64,000 nucleotides of DNA from a bacterium (lineage in GTDB: Bacteria > Patescibacteriota > Minisyncoccia > UBA6257 > WO2-44-18). Shown piece after piece: positions 1 through 8,959 of the stretch (positions are counted from its first letter, which is position 1; each line of letters begins with the position of its first letter). The DNA lies in the NCBI GenBank assembly GCA_030646995.1, contig JAUSKF010000006.1, positions 8,624 through 72,623 on the forward strand, read 5' to 3'. A program made the translations under genes and the position numbers. The notes beneath the pieces are model-generated. The model did no database searches and had not been told where the DNA came from. It worked only from the letters and a program-made list of their open reading frames with translations.

Positions 1-1
1 A

Positions 2-115
2 TGGTGGTTTGCGTTGCGTCCCTCAAACACGGAAAATCTTTTGCGTTTAGTGATGGAAGCGAAAAACGAAGAAGTTTTGCGGTCAAAACTTGCGGAGATT
101 AAAGAGCTTCTATAG
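2..115 (+). CDS. 3' end of an upstream ORF cut by the window edge (…LVMEAKNEEVLRSKLAEIKELL*)
   Basis: Frame 2 is open from the window edge to a TAG at 113-115. It is too short to classify. A GAGGAGG Shine-Dalgarno sequence for the next gene follows. Confidence 0.15.
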   Translation, partial: WWFALRPSNTENLLRLVMEAKNEEVLRSKLAEIKELL

Positions 116-149
116 GATTTGATTAGCAACTTTATAGCGAGGAGGCGGA

Positions 150-935
150 ATGCAGATCCTATATGGCCACGCCGTAGTTAAAGGAGTCATCGACTATTTG
201 CGGGCGTCTCCAAAGCGAAATAAGCAGCTTGCGATTATTGTTCCCGTGAATGATGACGCGGCTAGCGATGGATTTGTCGCGGAAGTTAATAACTTTGCTT
301 CCAATTTGGCGATTTCTACCAGAACCCTTTTCAAGACGATTAATGCTACGACAGAAGAGTTGATTGCTGATTTGGATCGGTTATCAGCCGATAAGGACGT
401 TGGCGGCGTGGTTTTGGTTTTGCCTTTGCCGAAGAATATTGATCGTGAAAAAGTTCTTTTGGCGATTCCGATCCGGAAGGACGTTGATGTGCTCAATCCC
501 GGAAATAAGGTTAGTGAGCCACCGGCCGTTCGGACTGTTTCGGAGATTTGGAAAGAATTTAATGATGGCTATCATCCGCGAAATGGCCCACCAAAGAAGG
601 TAGCAGTTGTCGGGCGCGGCTTGTTGATTGGGGCGCCCATCGCTAAGTATTTGCGTATGTGGGGGCATAGCGTTGAAGTTTATAACAGCAAAACCTCGCT
701 GGATGGCTTGAGAGACGCAGACGTTGTGATTCTCGGCGCCGGAGTTCCCAAATTGGTTTCTCCTTCAATACTCAAAGCCGGGGCGCATGTAATCGATTTC
801 GGCTATCCGGGAGATTTCGATTCAAAACATCCCGAAGCAGGAAAGGTCGGAATATATGTACCGGCCCGAGGCGGTACCGGGACGATCCTGACCGTTTCGA
901 TGTTCTACAACTTTTACCTTCTGAATAGCTGGTAG
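150..935 (+). CDS. FolD-like methylene-THF dehydrogenase/cyclohydrolase paralog, divergent and possibly non-catalytic
   Basis: FolD-like architecture: VGGVVLVLPLPKNI (canonical DGILVQLPLP), KDVD, Rossmann VVGRGLLIGAPIAKYL, C-terminal GGTGTILTVSMFYNFY. The canonical S-x-x-Y-x-x-x-K catalytic stretch is FVAEV with no Lys. It is paralogous to the ORF at 31867..32646. A GAGGAGG Shine-Dalgarno sequence lies 7 nt upstream. Confidence 0.55.
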   Translation: MQILYGHAVVKGVIDYLRASPKRNKQLAIIVPVNDDAASDGFVAEVNNFASNLAISTRTLFKTINATTEELIADLDRLSADKDVGGVVLVLPLPKNIDREKVLLAIPIRKDVDVLNPGNKVSEPPAVRTVSEIWKEFNDGYHPRNGPPKKVAVVGRGLLIGAPIAKYLRMWGHSVEVYNSKTSLDGLRDADVVILGAGVPKLVSPSILKAGAHVIDFGYPGDFDSKHPEAGKVGIYVPARGGTGTILTVSMFYNFYLLNSW

Positions 936-994
936 CGAATTGACAGGACCGTCAAGGTAGGTTATTATCTTGACGGTCTTTTTTTAAGGAGAAA

Positions 995-1456
995 GTGATG
1001 ATTCGCTTGGTCACGGCAGTGCTGATGGCGCTCGTGGTGGTCTCGTGCGTCGGTTGCGGTGGCATGAATTGGAGCGTGACTCCATATGCCGGAGTTAGCG
1101 GCAATACGGATGATGAGTATTATCAGGGAATGGGCTGGCAAGCAGGAGTTTCCGTCACGCTTTATAGCGGGAGGTACCCGGCGCCTCCGGCAGTAATCCA
1201 GCCGGCTCCGGTCTATCGAAACGAGACCAAGGTGGAGAACAATGTTTCCAGCTCGTCCTCAAGTTCTTCGAGCTCGAATAGCTCGGCGACACAGAGTCAG
1301 ACGCAAAATCAGGAGCAGTCGCAGAGCCAGTCCCAGAGCCAGAATCAGGATCAGAGTCAGTCTGGTGGTGGTGAGGGAGGCGATGATGATGACCACGGTC
1401 ACGGCCATGACGATGAGCATGGTGGCCATGGTCATGATGACGACCATCCCGATTAG
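995..1456 (+). CDS. Small lipoprotein with Ser/Gln-rich low-complexity region and His/Asp-rich (HGHGHDDEHGGHGHDDDH) C-terminal tail
   Basis: N-terminal signal peptide with lipobox-like VVSC/VGC. The coding DNA has TCN/AGC and CAG-AGC microrepeats at 1255..1375. The His-rich tail suggests metal binding. A hairpin terminator follows directly. Confidence 0.45.
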   Translation: MMIRLVTAVLMALVVVSCVGCGGMNWSVTPYAGVSGNTDDEYYQGMGWQAGVSVTLYSGRYPAPPAVIQPAPVYRNETKVENNVSSSSSSSSSSNSSATQSQTQNQEQSQSQSQSQNQDQSQSGGGEGGDDDDHGHGHDDEHGGHGHDDDHPD

Positions 1457-1461
1457 CCGGA

Positions 1462-1490
1462 AGCCCCGCAGTACGCGGGGCTTTTTTATT
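1462..1490. terminator. Rho-independent terminator (8-bp GC stem AGCCCCGC/GCGGGGCT plus T-run)
   Basis: AGCCCCGCagtacGCGGGGCTTTTTTATTTG seen directly. It sits between the convergent genes at 995..1456 and 1502..2092. Confidence 0.65.
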
Positions 1491-1501
1491 TGTGAATAAT
1501 A

Positions 1502-2092
1502 CTAGAAAAGAGTTGCCGGCAGGGATTCTTCTTGCCAGTTGAATTCGGCCTTCGATAATTCTTCTGTGTATTTTTTCGGGACCATTAGGTGTTTTTGTTT
1601 TTTTGCCAAGTCGTACAATTCTTTGGTGATTTTCACGTCGTTGAGGCAATAGCTGGCGAGCTCATCCATTTTTCCTTCTTTGTATAGCCGGATAGCCTCC
1701 AAGCCAGAGGAATGTGTTTTTCCGATTCCTAGGTTAGTTTTGGCCAGCATGTCCAGGCTGATCCGGTGGCCGAGAGCCAACTCGATCTCATCCAGCAGGT
1801 CCAGCCGGGGGAGGGCCATAATATTGAACTTGCAATGCTTGGCAAGCACCGGAAGATCGAAGCGGTTGATGCTAAATCCAATAATCAGTCCGGCTTTTTG
1901 AATCAAGACAGCGAGTTTGTCTAATTCATTTTCAAAAAAAGAAAGATATTTATCTTGGTTGTAGGAATAAACTCCTACAAAGGAGACCTCCAATTTATCG
2001 ATATTACTTTGCCCGCCTACGTCGGCGAAGCTATTTTTAGTTTCGATATCTATGACCAATTTATCCATTTTATACGTGTTTATCCGCAACAT
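1502..2092 (-). CDS. DEDD-family 3'-5' exonuclease (DnaQ/RNase D-like, DEDDy type)
   Basis: Exo I motif LVIDIETKN, Exo II FSINRFDLPVL, Exo III YCLNDV. Confidence 0.5.
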   Translation of the reverse strand: MLRINTYKMDKLVIDIETKNSFADVGGQSNIDKLEVSFVGVYSYNQDKYLSFFENELDKLAVLIQKAGLIIGFSINRFDLPVLAKHCKFNIMALPRLDLLDEIELALGHRISLDMLAKTNLGIGKTHSSGLEAIRLYKEGKMDELASYCLNDVKITKELYDLAKKQKHLMVPKKYTEELSKAEFNWQEESLPATLF

Positions 2093-2555
2093 TTGAAGCG
2101 GCGTAGCTCTCCGGTTTGGTTTTCGCTTCGAAATTGTGGGCGCGGATCATTCCAACTAATTCCTGGATCATTACTTTCGTAGCCCCATTTTGTCCGATAT
2201 CAACGTGGATCTCGAAATCAAACTTTGGCGCGTCTTTAAAAGCCGCCAAGGATTCCGAGAACTGATTCGCGGAATCAAGCGAGATAAGCACCTCTCTGGT
2301 GATGCGGTCGCGAAGAGAATGAAATTTTATCGGCTCTCCGCTTCGAGTCCAAAAATAACGGGCGCCTTTGCCGATGCGGTGCACTACGATAGCAGTAACG
2401 AAGTCGGCTTTTTGTTCGATGTTGGCTTGAGAGTCCGTGCCAATCGTTACCCGGTATTCGGAGAGCCGATCATCTTTCATAAAATCAATAATTTGCTGAA
2501 CCACTTGTTCAGCCGTAATTGAAAATGGGAGACTGCTATTGAAGTATTTACTCAT
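2070..2555 (-). CDS. DUF458 (YkuK-like) predicted RNase H-like fold protein
   Basis: From memory it resembles the Bacillus YkuK family: TIGTDSQ, FVTAIVVHR, EIHVDIGQNG, KPESYAASNVADK. It overlaps the exonuclease gene by 23 nt. Confidence 0.4.
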   Translation of the reverse strand: MSKYFNSSLPFSITAEQVVQQIIDFMKDDRLSEYRVTIGTDSQANIEQKADFVTAIVVHRIGKGARYFWTRSGEPIKFHSLRDRITREVLISLDSANQFSESLAAFKDAPKFDFEIHVDIGQNGATKVMIQELVGMIRAHNFEAKTKPESYAASNVADKHV

Positions 2556-2598
2556 TGGTTATAAAATACCCTTTCTTGCCTGTTTTGGCAAGTATAAT

Positions 2599-3816
2599 AT
2601 GAAGATGAAAGAAGTTTATCTTGATTATGCGGCCTCTACTCCCGTAGATCCCAGAGTTGAGGAGGCAATGAAGCCATATTTAGGGGGAGTTTTTGGTAAC
2701 CCTCATTCTATGCATCGCTTTGGTCAGAAGGCTTCTCGGGCGGTTTTCGAGTCGCGTAAGGCCATTGCCGAATCTATCGGAGCTCATTACGAAGACATTA
2801 TCTTTACCGGATCGGCTACCGAAGCAAATAATTTGGCAATTCGCGGGTTAGTGAGCGGAGTATTGGCATCTCGTAAATTTTCTAAGCCAAGAATTATTAC
2901 TCTAGCAATTGAGCACGAGTCGATTTTGAGTACCTGCCAAGCCTTGTCGCTGAATGTAGAGACGATTTTTATTCCAGTCGACAAAAATGGCTTTGTGAAT
3001 TTGAAAAAGTTCAAAGAGGCGTTGAACGATCAGACGGTCTTAGTTTCGATAATGCACGCTAATAACGAAGTTGGGACAATCCAGCCGATTGCCGCCATAG
3101 CGGCAGAAATTAGAAATTGGAAATTGGAAATTAAGAGCGACTTGTTCCCTATTTTCCATACTGACGCCGCGCAGTCTTTCCAATATCTAGACTGTCAGGT
3201 AGAAAATTTGGGAGTGGATTTGATGACCTTGTCGGCTCATAAGATTTACGGCCCTAAAGGAATTGGGCTATTGTATGCTGGAAAAAATGCCCGCGAGATA
3301 ATGAAGCCGGTAATTACAGGAGCCGGCCAGGAAGGAGGTTTGCGTTCCGGCACGGACAACGTTCCGTATATAGTGGCCTTTGCGAAAGCCGTGGAGATTG
3401 CCGATAAGTTGCGGGAAAAAGAATCAAGGCGAATCGGAGAATTAAGGGATTATTTTTGGGTGAAGCTGGAAAAAGCGCTTGGCTTGAAGAAGGTGGTATT
3501 AAACGGAGTAATGCGAGACCGATTGCCTAATAATTTAAATCTTTATTTTCTAAAGCAAAAAGCTCACGATTTGTTAATTAAGTTGGATTTATTGGGTATT
3601 GCGGTTTCGCCGGGAGCGGCCTGTTCGGCGAGAGTTGCTAAAGCGTCTTATGTTTTGGAGGAGCTGGGCTTTTCGGAGGCGCGCGCTTCTGGAAGCTTGC
3701 GGTTCAGCCTCGGAAGACAGACCAGCAAGGATGACATTGATTACGTAATTTCTGCTACGTGTACCAGCCTTATAAAAACTAAGCGGGATGGTATAATTAA
3801 AGTATTGGATAGGTAG
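2599..3816 (+). CDS. iscS: Cysteine desulfurase (IscS/NifS type, class V aminotransferase)
   Basis: EVYLDYAASTP, GSATEANNLAI, HTDAAQS, SAHKIYGPKGIGLLY (PLP Lys), GTDNVPYIV, AACSA. The start was moved to the in-frame ATG at 2599, because the track's 2539 start adds a non-homologous leader. Confidence 0.85.
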   Translation: MKMKEVYLDYAASTPVDPRVEEAMKPYLGGVFGNPHSMHRFGQKASRAVFESRKAIAESIGAHYEDIIFTGSATEANNLAIRGLVSGVLASRKFSKPRIITLAIEHESILSTCQALSLNVETIFIPVDKNGFVNLKKFKEALNDQTVLVSIMHANNEVGTIQPIAAIAAEIRNWKLEIKSDLFPIFHTDAAQSFQYLDCQVENLGVDLMTLSAHKIYGPKGIGLLYAGKNAREIMKPVITGAGQEGGLRSGTDNVPYIVAFAKAVEIADKLREKESRRIGELRDYFWVKLEKALGLKKVVLNGVMRDRLPNNLNLYFLKQKAHDLLIKLDLLGIAVSPGAACSARVAKASYVLEELGFSEARASGSLRFSLGRQTSKDDIDYVISATCTSLIKTKRDGIIKVLDR

Positions 3817-3822
3817 CAGTTC

Positions 3823-3851
3823 TTGAAAATTAGTATTTTTATTGATATAAT
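3823..3851 (+). promoter_or_regulatory. Sigma70-type promoter for clpB: TTGAAA -17- TGaTATAAT (extended -10)
   Basis: -35 TTGAAA at 3823-3828. Extended -10 TGaTATAAT at 3843-3851. This is 15 nt upstream of the clpB ATG, so the leader is short. Confidence 0.45.
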
Positions 3852-3865
3852 CCGTTAAAATCAAA

Positions 3866-6481
3866 ATGCCTTCTTTTAATAGATTCACTATCCGAGCCCA
3901 AGAGGCTCTCCAAAATGCTCAAGAGTTAGCCGCTAAGAGAAGTCACGGCGAATTCCGCGTTTTGCATCTTTTGCATACTCTCTTGCAAGACGAGCAAACT
4001 CTCGTCAGGCCAATGCTGATTAAGGCAGGTTTGAATGTGGAAAACTTTTTGCGTTCAGTGGAGGCGGAAATGAAGAAAATGCCAAAGATTTTCACCGCTT
4101 CCAATGTCGGTCAGCTCTATCTTTCTCCGGAATTAATGCAGGTCTTGGAGCGGGCCGGAAAGATCGCTATTTCTCAAAAAGATGAATATATCTCCTGCGA
4201 GCATTTGCTTTTGGGTATTTTTGATTCTTCTTCTTCGGCGCAAAAAATGCTTGAGAAATTCGGTTTGAAAAGGGATTTGGCTTTCCGTGCGCTTGCGCAG
4301 CTACGTGGCTCTACTCGTATTACCGATGAAACGCCGGAAAGTAAGTTCCAAGTTTTGGAAAAATACGCAGTTAATCTCACTGATCGGGCTCGAGATGGTA
4401 AGTTGGATCCGGTAATTGGCCGACAGGAAGAGTTGCGCCGTTTAATTCAAGTTTTGAGTCGGAGAACCAAGAATAATCCCGTGTTAATAGGAGAGTCGGG
4501 TGTGGGTAAGACCGCAATCGTTGAGGGATTAGCCCAGAGGATTGTTTCCGGTGATGTGCCGGAGACTCTGAAGGATAAGGAGATTATTATGTTGGATTTG
4601 GGTTCATTAATCGCCGGAACTAAGTTCCGTGGTGAGTTTGAAGATCGTTTGAAGGCCTTCGTGAAGGAAATCCAGAACTCTGCCGGCCGGTTAATCCTGT
4701 TTATTGATGAGATACACATGATAGTAGGAGCCGGCGCCGCAGAAGGGGCAATTGATGCTTCTAATCTTCTCAAGCCACCGCTCGCCCGTGGTGAGTTGCA
4801 TGCAATCGGCGCCACTACTATTCGGGAATATCAGCGTCATATTGAAAAAGACCCGGCTTTAGAGCGCCGGTTTCAGCCGATTATGGTTGAAGAGCCGAAC
4901 ACGGAAGATGCGGTTTCTATTTTGCGTGGCTTAAAAGAAAAATATGAGATGCATCATGGGTTGCAGATTAGCGACGAGGCTATTAGAGCGGCTGTGAATC
5001 TTTCTGCTCGATATATCACAGATCGCTTTTTGCCCGACAAAGCGGTGGATTTGATTGACGAAGCCGCTGCGGCGCGACGTCTGGAAACCGAAAGTCTGCC
5101 GATTGAATTGGATAAGATTCGTAGAGAGATTACCCGCCGAGAAATTGAGCGTTCAGCGCTTTCTCAAGAGAGTTCGGTTAAAAATAAGAGTCGGATGAAG
5201 ACTATCGACGGTGAGGTGGGTAAGTTGAAGGAAAAGAACGATGATCTATCGGCCTCTTGGCATGCGGAAAAAATTACTTTTGAAAATTTACATAATCTAA
5301 GGAAAAAAATTGAAGATTTGAAACGACAGGCTGAATTAGCCGAGCGAGAGGGCGATTTGGAGGGAGTTGCGCAAATTGTTTATGGAAGCTTGCCGCAGGC
5401 CGAGAAAGATTATAAGAGCTTCACGAAAAAACACGCTAAATCGTCCGGATTCATCAAAGAGAAGGTGGATGCCGAAGATATTGCTGCGGTGGTGGCTCGG
5501 TGGACGGGCATTCCGGTGAGTCGGATGTTGGAATCTGAGGCAAAAAAATTGATAAGAATTGAAGAGGCTTTACAGGGTCGGGTTATCGGGCAGGGAGCTG
5601 CCGTTAAGGCCGTGGCTAGCTCCTTGCGGCGTGCCCGCGCAGGGCTTTCCGATGAAAATCGCCCTCTCGGCTCATTTATGTTCTTGGGGCCGACCGGAGT
5701 CGGAAAAACTGAACTCGCTAAAGCCCTAGCGGAGTTTATGTTTAACGATGAAAAGTCCCTAATTCGCATAGATATGTCTGAATATATGGAGAAACATTCG
5801 GTTGCGCGTTTAATCGGATCGCCGCCGGGATATGTTGGTTTCGAGGATGGCGGGCAGCTGACTGAATTAGTGCGGCATCGGCCATATAGTCTGATTTTGT
5901 TTGATGAGATAGAAAAAGCGCATCCGGAGGTGTTTAATATTCTGCTACAAATTTTGGATAACGGACGGTTAACGGACAGCAAGGGCCGAGTAATTAACTT
6001 TAAAAATTCCATTATTTTACTTACCTCCAACGTGGGCAGTCATTACTTCAAGGCAATGTCGAACATAGGGTTTTCTTCTTCTGGAGACTCCGCTCACGAG
6101 TCTCAAGAGGAGGGATTACGCTCTAAAGTCAGCGAATCTTTAAAGCGGACTTTTAAACCGGAATTTCTGAATCGTTTAGATGAAACAATTATTTTTAATA
6201 CCTTAACAAAAAAAGAGATTGAGCAGATTGTTGATTTGCAGATTGATCAGGTGAAAGAAAGGCTAAAAGAGCGCAGTATCATCATTAATGTAGACGTGGC
6301 TGCTAAAAAGTATATAGTTGAGAACGGATTTGACCCGGAATACGGAGCTAGGCCGATTAGACGGTTAATACAAAAAACTATTCTCGATAAGCTTGCCGAC
6401 AAGATAATCGGCGGGGAAATTAAAGATGGTGACAAAGTTAAAATCGGTTTTTCTAAGTCCTCAATCAGCGTTAGCGTTTAA
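3866..6481 (+). CDS. clpB: ATP-dependent chaperone ClpB (two AAA+ modules plus coiled-coil middle domain)
   Basis: N-terminal Clp repeats; Walker [19 protein letters not shown] and [15 protein letters not shown]; a long M-domain; 871 aa, typical for ClpB. Confidence 0.9.
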   Translation: MPSFNRFTIRAQEALQNAQELAAKRSHGEFRVLHLLHTLLQDEQTLVRPMLIKAGLNVENFLRSVEAEMKKMPKIFTASNVGQLYLSPELMQVLERAGKIAISQKDEYISCEHLLLGIFDSSSSAQKMLEKFGLKRDLAFRALAQLRGSTRITDETPESKFQVLEKYAVNLTDRARDGKLDPVIGRQEELRRLIQVLSRRTKNNPVLIGESGVGKTAIVEGLAQRIVSGDVPETLKDKEIIMLDLGSLIAGTKFRGEFEDRLKAFVKEIQNSAGRLILFIDEIHMIVGAGAAEGAIDASNLLKPPLARGELHAIGATTIREYQRHIEKDPALERRFQPIMVEEPNTEDAVSILRGLKEKYEMHHGLQISDEAIRAAVNLSARYITDRFLPDKAVDLIDEAAAARRLETESLPIELDKIRREITRREIERSALSQESSVKNKSRMKTIDGEVGKLKEKNDDLSASWHAEKITFENLHNLRKKIEDLKRQAELAEREGDLEGVAQIVYGSLPQAEKDYKSFTKKHAKSSGFIKEKVDAEDIAAVVARWTGIPVSRMLESEAKKLIRIEEALQGRVIGQGAAVKAVASSLRRARAGLSDENRPLGSFMFLGPTGVGKTELAKALAEFMFNDEKSLIRIDMSEYMEKHSVARLIGSPPGYVGFEDGGQLTELVRHRPYSLILFDEIEKAHPEVFNILLQILDNGRLTDSKGRVINFKNSIILLTSNVGSHYFKAMSNIGFSSSGDSAHESQEEGLRSKVSESLKRTFKPEFLNRLDETIIFNTLTKKEIEQIVDLQIDQVKERLKERSIIINVDVAAKKYIVENGFDPEYGARPIRRLIQKTILDKLADKIIGGEIKDGDKVKIGFSKSSISVSV

Positions 6482-7136
6482 GGCGGCTGTTTTCGCCGGT
6501 TTTTTTGCTTTGGCAAAACTAGGCGATTTCAGCCTATTTTCGTTATCTGTATTTTTTGTGGCTGCCTGGGTTTTATACACCCGACCATTTTTTAGGACGT
6601 TTGAGATGGCCGGAACTTTTGTTGTGTTATTGGCTAGCTCAATTGTATTTAGCCACACATTTACTGATTCGATTGATTTCCTGTTCGCAATTGTATATTT
6701 CTCGGCGCTCTTCTATATACTGGTGGGAATTAAGGATTTAGTCCTGATTAACAGAGATGGTTGGAGGGTATTTTTGAACTTCGCTTTGGCCTATCCGGCC
6801 TTTCTTATGTACTTTTACTACAATCAAGGTCATTTTTGGTGGAAATTGCCCTTATTGTTCGCAGTCCTCTTGTTTTTATCCAAGGATTTTCTCAAGAAGA
6901 GGATTGTCTTCTGGTTGGTCGCATTTTTAGGTTCACAAATTGCCTGGGCTGCCGATTTTTTACCAATCGGCTTCGTTAGCTCTGCTAATTTAGCGATTCT
7001 CTTCTATGCTACGGCCGTGTCCTATTGCGACCAGTATTTACGGGAAGGCCTGACTAAAAGACACATTCTTGCGTCTTTTAGTATTTTTCTTGTTCTTTTA
7101 GTCGCTATTTTCGCCTTCTCCTCCTGGGGATTTTAG
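6426..7136 (+). CDS. Multi-pass integral membrane protein of unknown function
   Basis: Five or more hydrophobic helices. The start is ambiguous. The ATG at 6426 has a GGGGAA Shine-Dalgarno sequence but overlaps the clpB 3' end by 56 nt. An alternative ATG at 6606 has an AGGA Shine-Dalgarno sequence. Confidence 0.4.
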   Translation: MVTKLKSVFLSPQSALAFKAAVFAGFFALAKLGDFSLFSLSVFFVAAWVLYTRPFFRTFEMAGTFVVLLASSIVFSHTFTDSIDFLFAIVYFSALFYILVGIKDLVLINRDGWRVFLNFALAYPAFLMYFYYNQGHFWWKLPLLFAVLLFLSKDFLKKRIVFWLVAFLGSQIAWAADFLPIGFVSSANLAILFYATAVSYCDQYLREGLTKRHILASFSIFLVLLVAIFAFSSWGF

Positions 7137-7943
7137 GTATTCCCTGAACTCGGGCCCGAAGTCCTTATGCTTCAAGCCAAAATATACCTGCGCTTTTAAA
7201 ATCCCGATTTTGGATCCCGCATCAAACCTTTTACCAGGGAACTCCCAGGCATAAATTGAGCCTCCTTTAGACACATAGCTTCTTAGCGCGTCTGCTAGGG
7301 GGATTTCTTTGCCCGTGTATGGGTATAATTTTTCTAATTCTTCGAAAATCTCCGGAGTTAAAAGGTATCTGCCGATAATTGCCAGATTTGACGGCGCCTG
7401 GCCTTGGGCGGGTTTTTCCACAATATCCTCGATTAGTCGTAGGTCCTCATACTGCCCATCGGGCGCCACCTTAACCATGCCGTAGCTGGAGGCCAGCTCC
7501 GGAGGGACCGATTCTACCACTACTATCGGGGCATTAGCCTTTTTGAACTGGTCTACTAAGTTCTTTAGAGGCGGAATTTTGTCAGCCAGCAGGTCGTCGC
7601 CGAAACAAACCAAAAAGGGCTCATTTTTTATGAATTGGCGAGCCAGATATACCGCGTCGCCGTTTCCGGCCAGTTTTTCTTGTATAACGAAATCAAATTT
7701 TATTCCCAGCGTTTTCCAGCTGGGATCTTTTTCCAAATGGGTGATGTATTTTTTGAACTCCGGTTGATTTGGCCCGGTCACCAAAATAATATGATTGATT
7801 CCGGCGGCTACGATTTCGTCTATGACATAGTGAATAATCGGTCGGTCTACAATCCCAATCATTCCCTTTGGTTGATGTAGAGTCAGGGGCATTACTCGGG
7901 TCCCTAATCCGGCAACCGGCAAGATGGCTTTTTTGACTTCCAT
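7098..7943 (-). CDS. galU: UTP--glucose-1-phosphate uridylyltransferase
   Basis: KAILPVAGLGTRVMPLT...PKGMIGIVDRPIIHYVIDE is the classic GalU N-terminus. Its stop overlaps the end of the previous gene. Confidence 0.85.
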   Translation of the reverse strand: MEVKKAILPVAGLGTRVMPLTLHQPKGMIGIVDRPIIHYVIDEIVAAGINHIILVTGPNQPEFKKYITHLEKDPSWKTLGIKFDFVIQEKLAGNGDAVYLARQFIKNEPFLVCFGDDLLADKIPPLKNLVDQFKKANAPIVVVESVPPELASSYGMVKVAPDGQYEDLRLIEDIVEKPAQGQAPSNLAIIGRYLLTPEIFEELEKLYPYTGKEIPLADALRSYVSKGGSIYAWEFPGKRFDAGSKIGILKAQVYFGLKHKDFGPEFREYLKSPGGEGENSD

Positions 7944-7969
7944 ATTTGGGAAGTATAGAATAATTTCTA

Positions 7970-8611
7970 ATGTTTGTTAATCAAAAATCTACCGAAATCT
8001 GTTATGCCTTATTGCGGGTGGCGGCGCAGATTCGTCGTCAGCAACTAAAGCAGAACCTTGAGAAGTTGGCTTTCAGGTTTCTGGAAGCCGCCACCTCGGA
8101 GGATTTTGACTTGGCGTTGAAAACATCATCTTCTATTGATGCGATGCTGAAGATTGGTCAATCTCTCTATGAAATCGAACCGGTTAACTCTAAGGTTATT
8201 TCTGGCGAGCTTGAAGCGGTTAACGCGGCAATGCGGCAATCATTGGGCATAGATGGATTGCCGAATCTAGACAGGATTTTTGAAAAGGCGAATAATGCGG
8301 CAAGCTATTCGGCAAAAACTTTTGCCGATATACGGCCATCTGCCGGATTGCCGGATTCTTTGCCTGTTTCTGAAAATAATAACGGCAATAGCAATGGATT
8401 CTCGGCAACAATCCGGCAATCGGCAATTTTGGATAAGATTCGGCAATCCGGCAACAACCAGGCAGCACTTAAAGATATCATTGCCGCATTCCCGGAAATC
8501 AGTGAGCGGACTATGAGATATGACCTCCAAAAGCTATGTCTCCAAGGCTTAATAGAGCGTGTCGGTAGTGGTGGTCCGGGTAGCTACTATTCGGTCAAAA
8601 ATGGGGCGTAA
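7970..8611 (+). CDS. Hypothetical protein with C-terminal winged-HTH (DeoR / Fic-C-terminal-like ISERTMRYDLQKLCLQGLIERVGSG)
   Basis: The C-terminal 45 aa match the S-E-R-T-x-R-x-D-L wHTH pattern. The N-terminal domain is helical. The coding DNA at 8220-8500 carries CGGCAA microrepeats. It is transcribed divergently from galU. Confidence 0.35.
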   Translation: MFVNQKSTEICYALLRVAAQIRRQQLKQNLEKLAFRFLEAATSEDFDLALKTSSSIDAMLKIGQSLYEIEPVNSKVISGELEAVNAAMRQSLGIDGLPNLDRIFEKANNAASYSAKTFADIRPSAGLPDSLPVSENNNGNSNGFSATIRQSAILDKIRQSGNNQAALKDIIAAFPEISERTMRYDLQKLCLQGLIERVGSGGPGSYYSVKNGA

Positions 8612-8788
8612 TAAAACGAAAATAGCCTCGTTATATCTAGGTAATGACTTTGTGTGAGGCTGGGTCATTTACGAAGGCTTTTAATGTTTAAATATTTCAA
8701 TATTTAAATGTTGTAGCCCTTACCAGCCCTCCCACATCGGGAGAGTTTTTTTATTCCTCACAAGTAAAAAACTCCCAGTAATTACTTA

Positions 8789-8826
8789 AGACCTATAGGT
8801 CCTATAAGACTTATAAGTCCTATGTC
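8789..8826. repeat. Four tandem ~9-bp units (AGACCTATAGG / TCCTATAAG / ACTTATAAG / TCCTATGTC) including the palindrome GACCTATAGGTC
   Basis: Seen directly about 135 bp upstream of the 1250-aa surface protein gene. A GCGCGCactaGCGCG hairpin follows at 8874..8889. Confidence 0.5.
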
Positions 8827-8959
8827 AGCTTGAAACAAAGAAAAGATTGATTTTCGGTCCGTGGTCGATTCTTGCGCGCACTAGCGCGTCGGAAGGAACA
8901 GGAAACGATCTTTTAGTCAGTAATAAAAACAATTAAGTTAAAGGTAAAATAAATTAAAC

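Noticed and set aside
2539-2598. Upstream extension of the cysteine desulfurase ORF (MKYLLIGYKIPFLACFGKYN)
   Set aside because: This leader is not homologous to IscS/NifS. The in-frame ATG at 2599 reproduces the canonical N-terminus, and the extension would overlap the DUF458 gene on the other strand.
6426-6481. Possibility that the membrane protein ORF overlapping the clpB 3' end marks a frameshifted pseudogene
   Set aside because: Both frames are independently plausible: the ClpB C-terminus is complete, and the membrane protein has TM helices from its first residues. An alternative ATG with a Shine-Dalgarno sequence at 6606 also exists. I treat this as start-site ambiguity rather than pseudogenisation.
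8612-8959. tRNA or small RNA in the largest intergenic region
   Set aside because: I see no cloverleaf-compatible segments or T-loop consensus (GTTCGAATC-like). It has only short hairpins and the 9-bp repeat array. A regulatory region is more likely.
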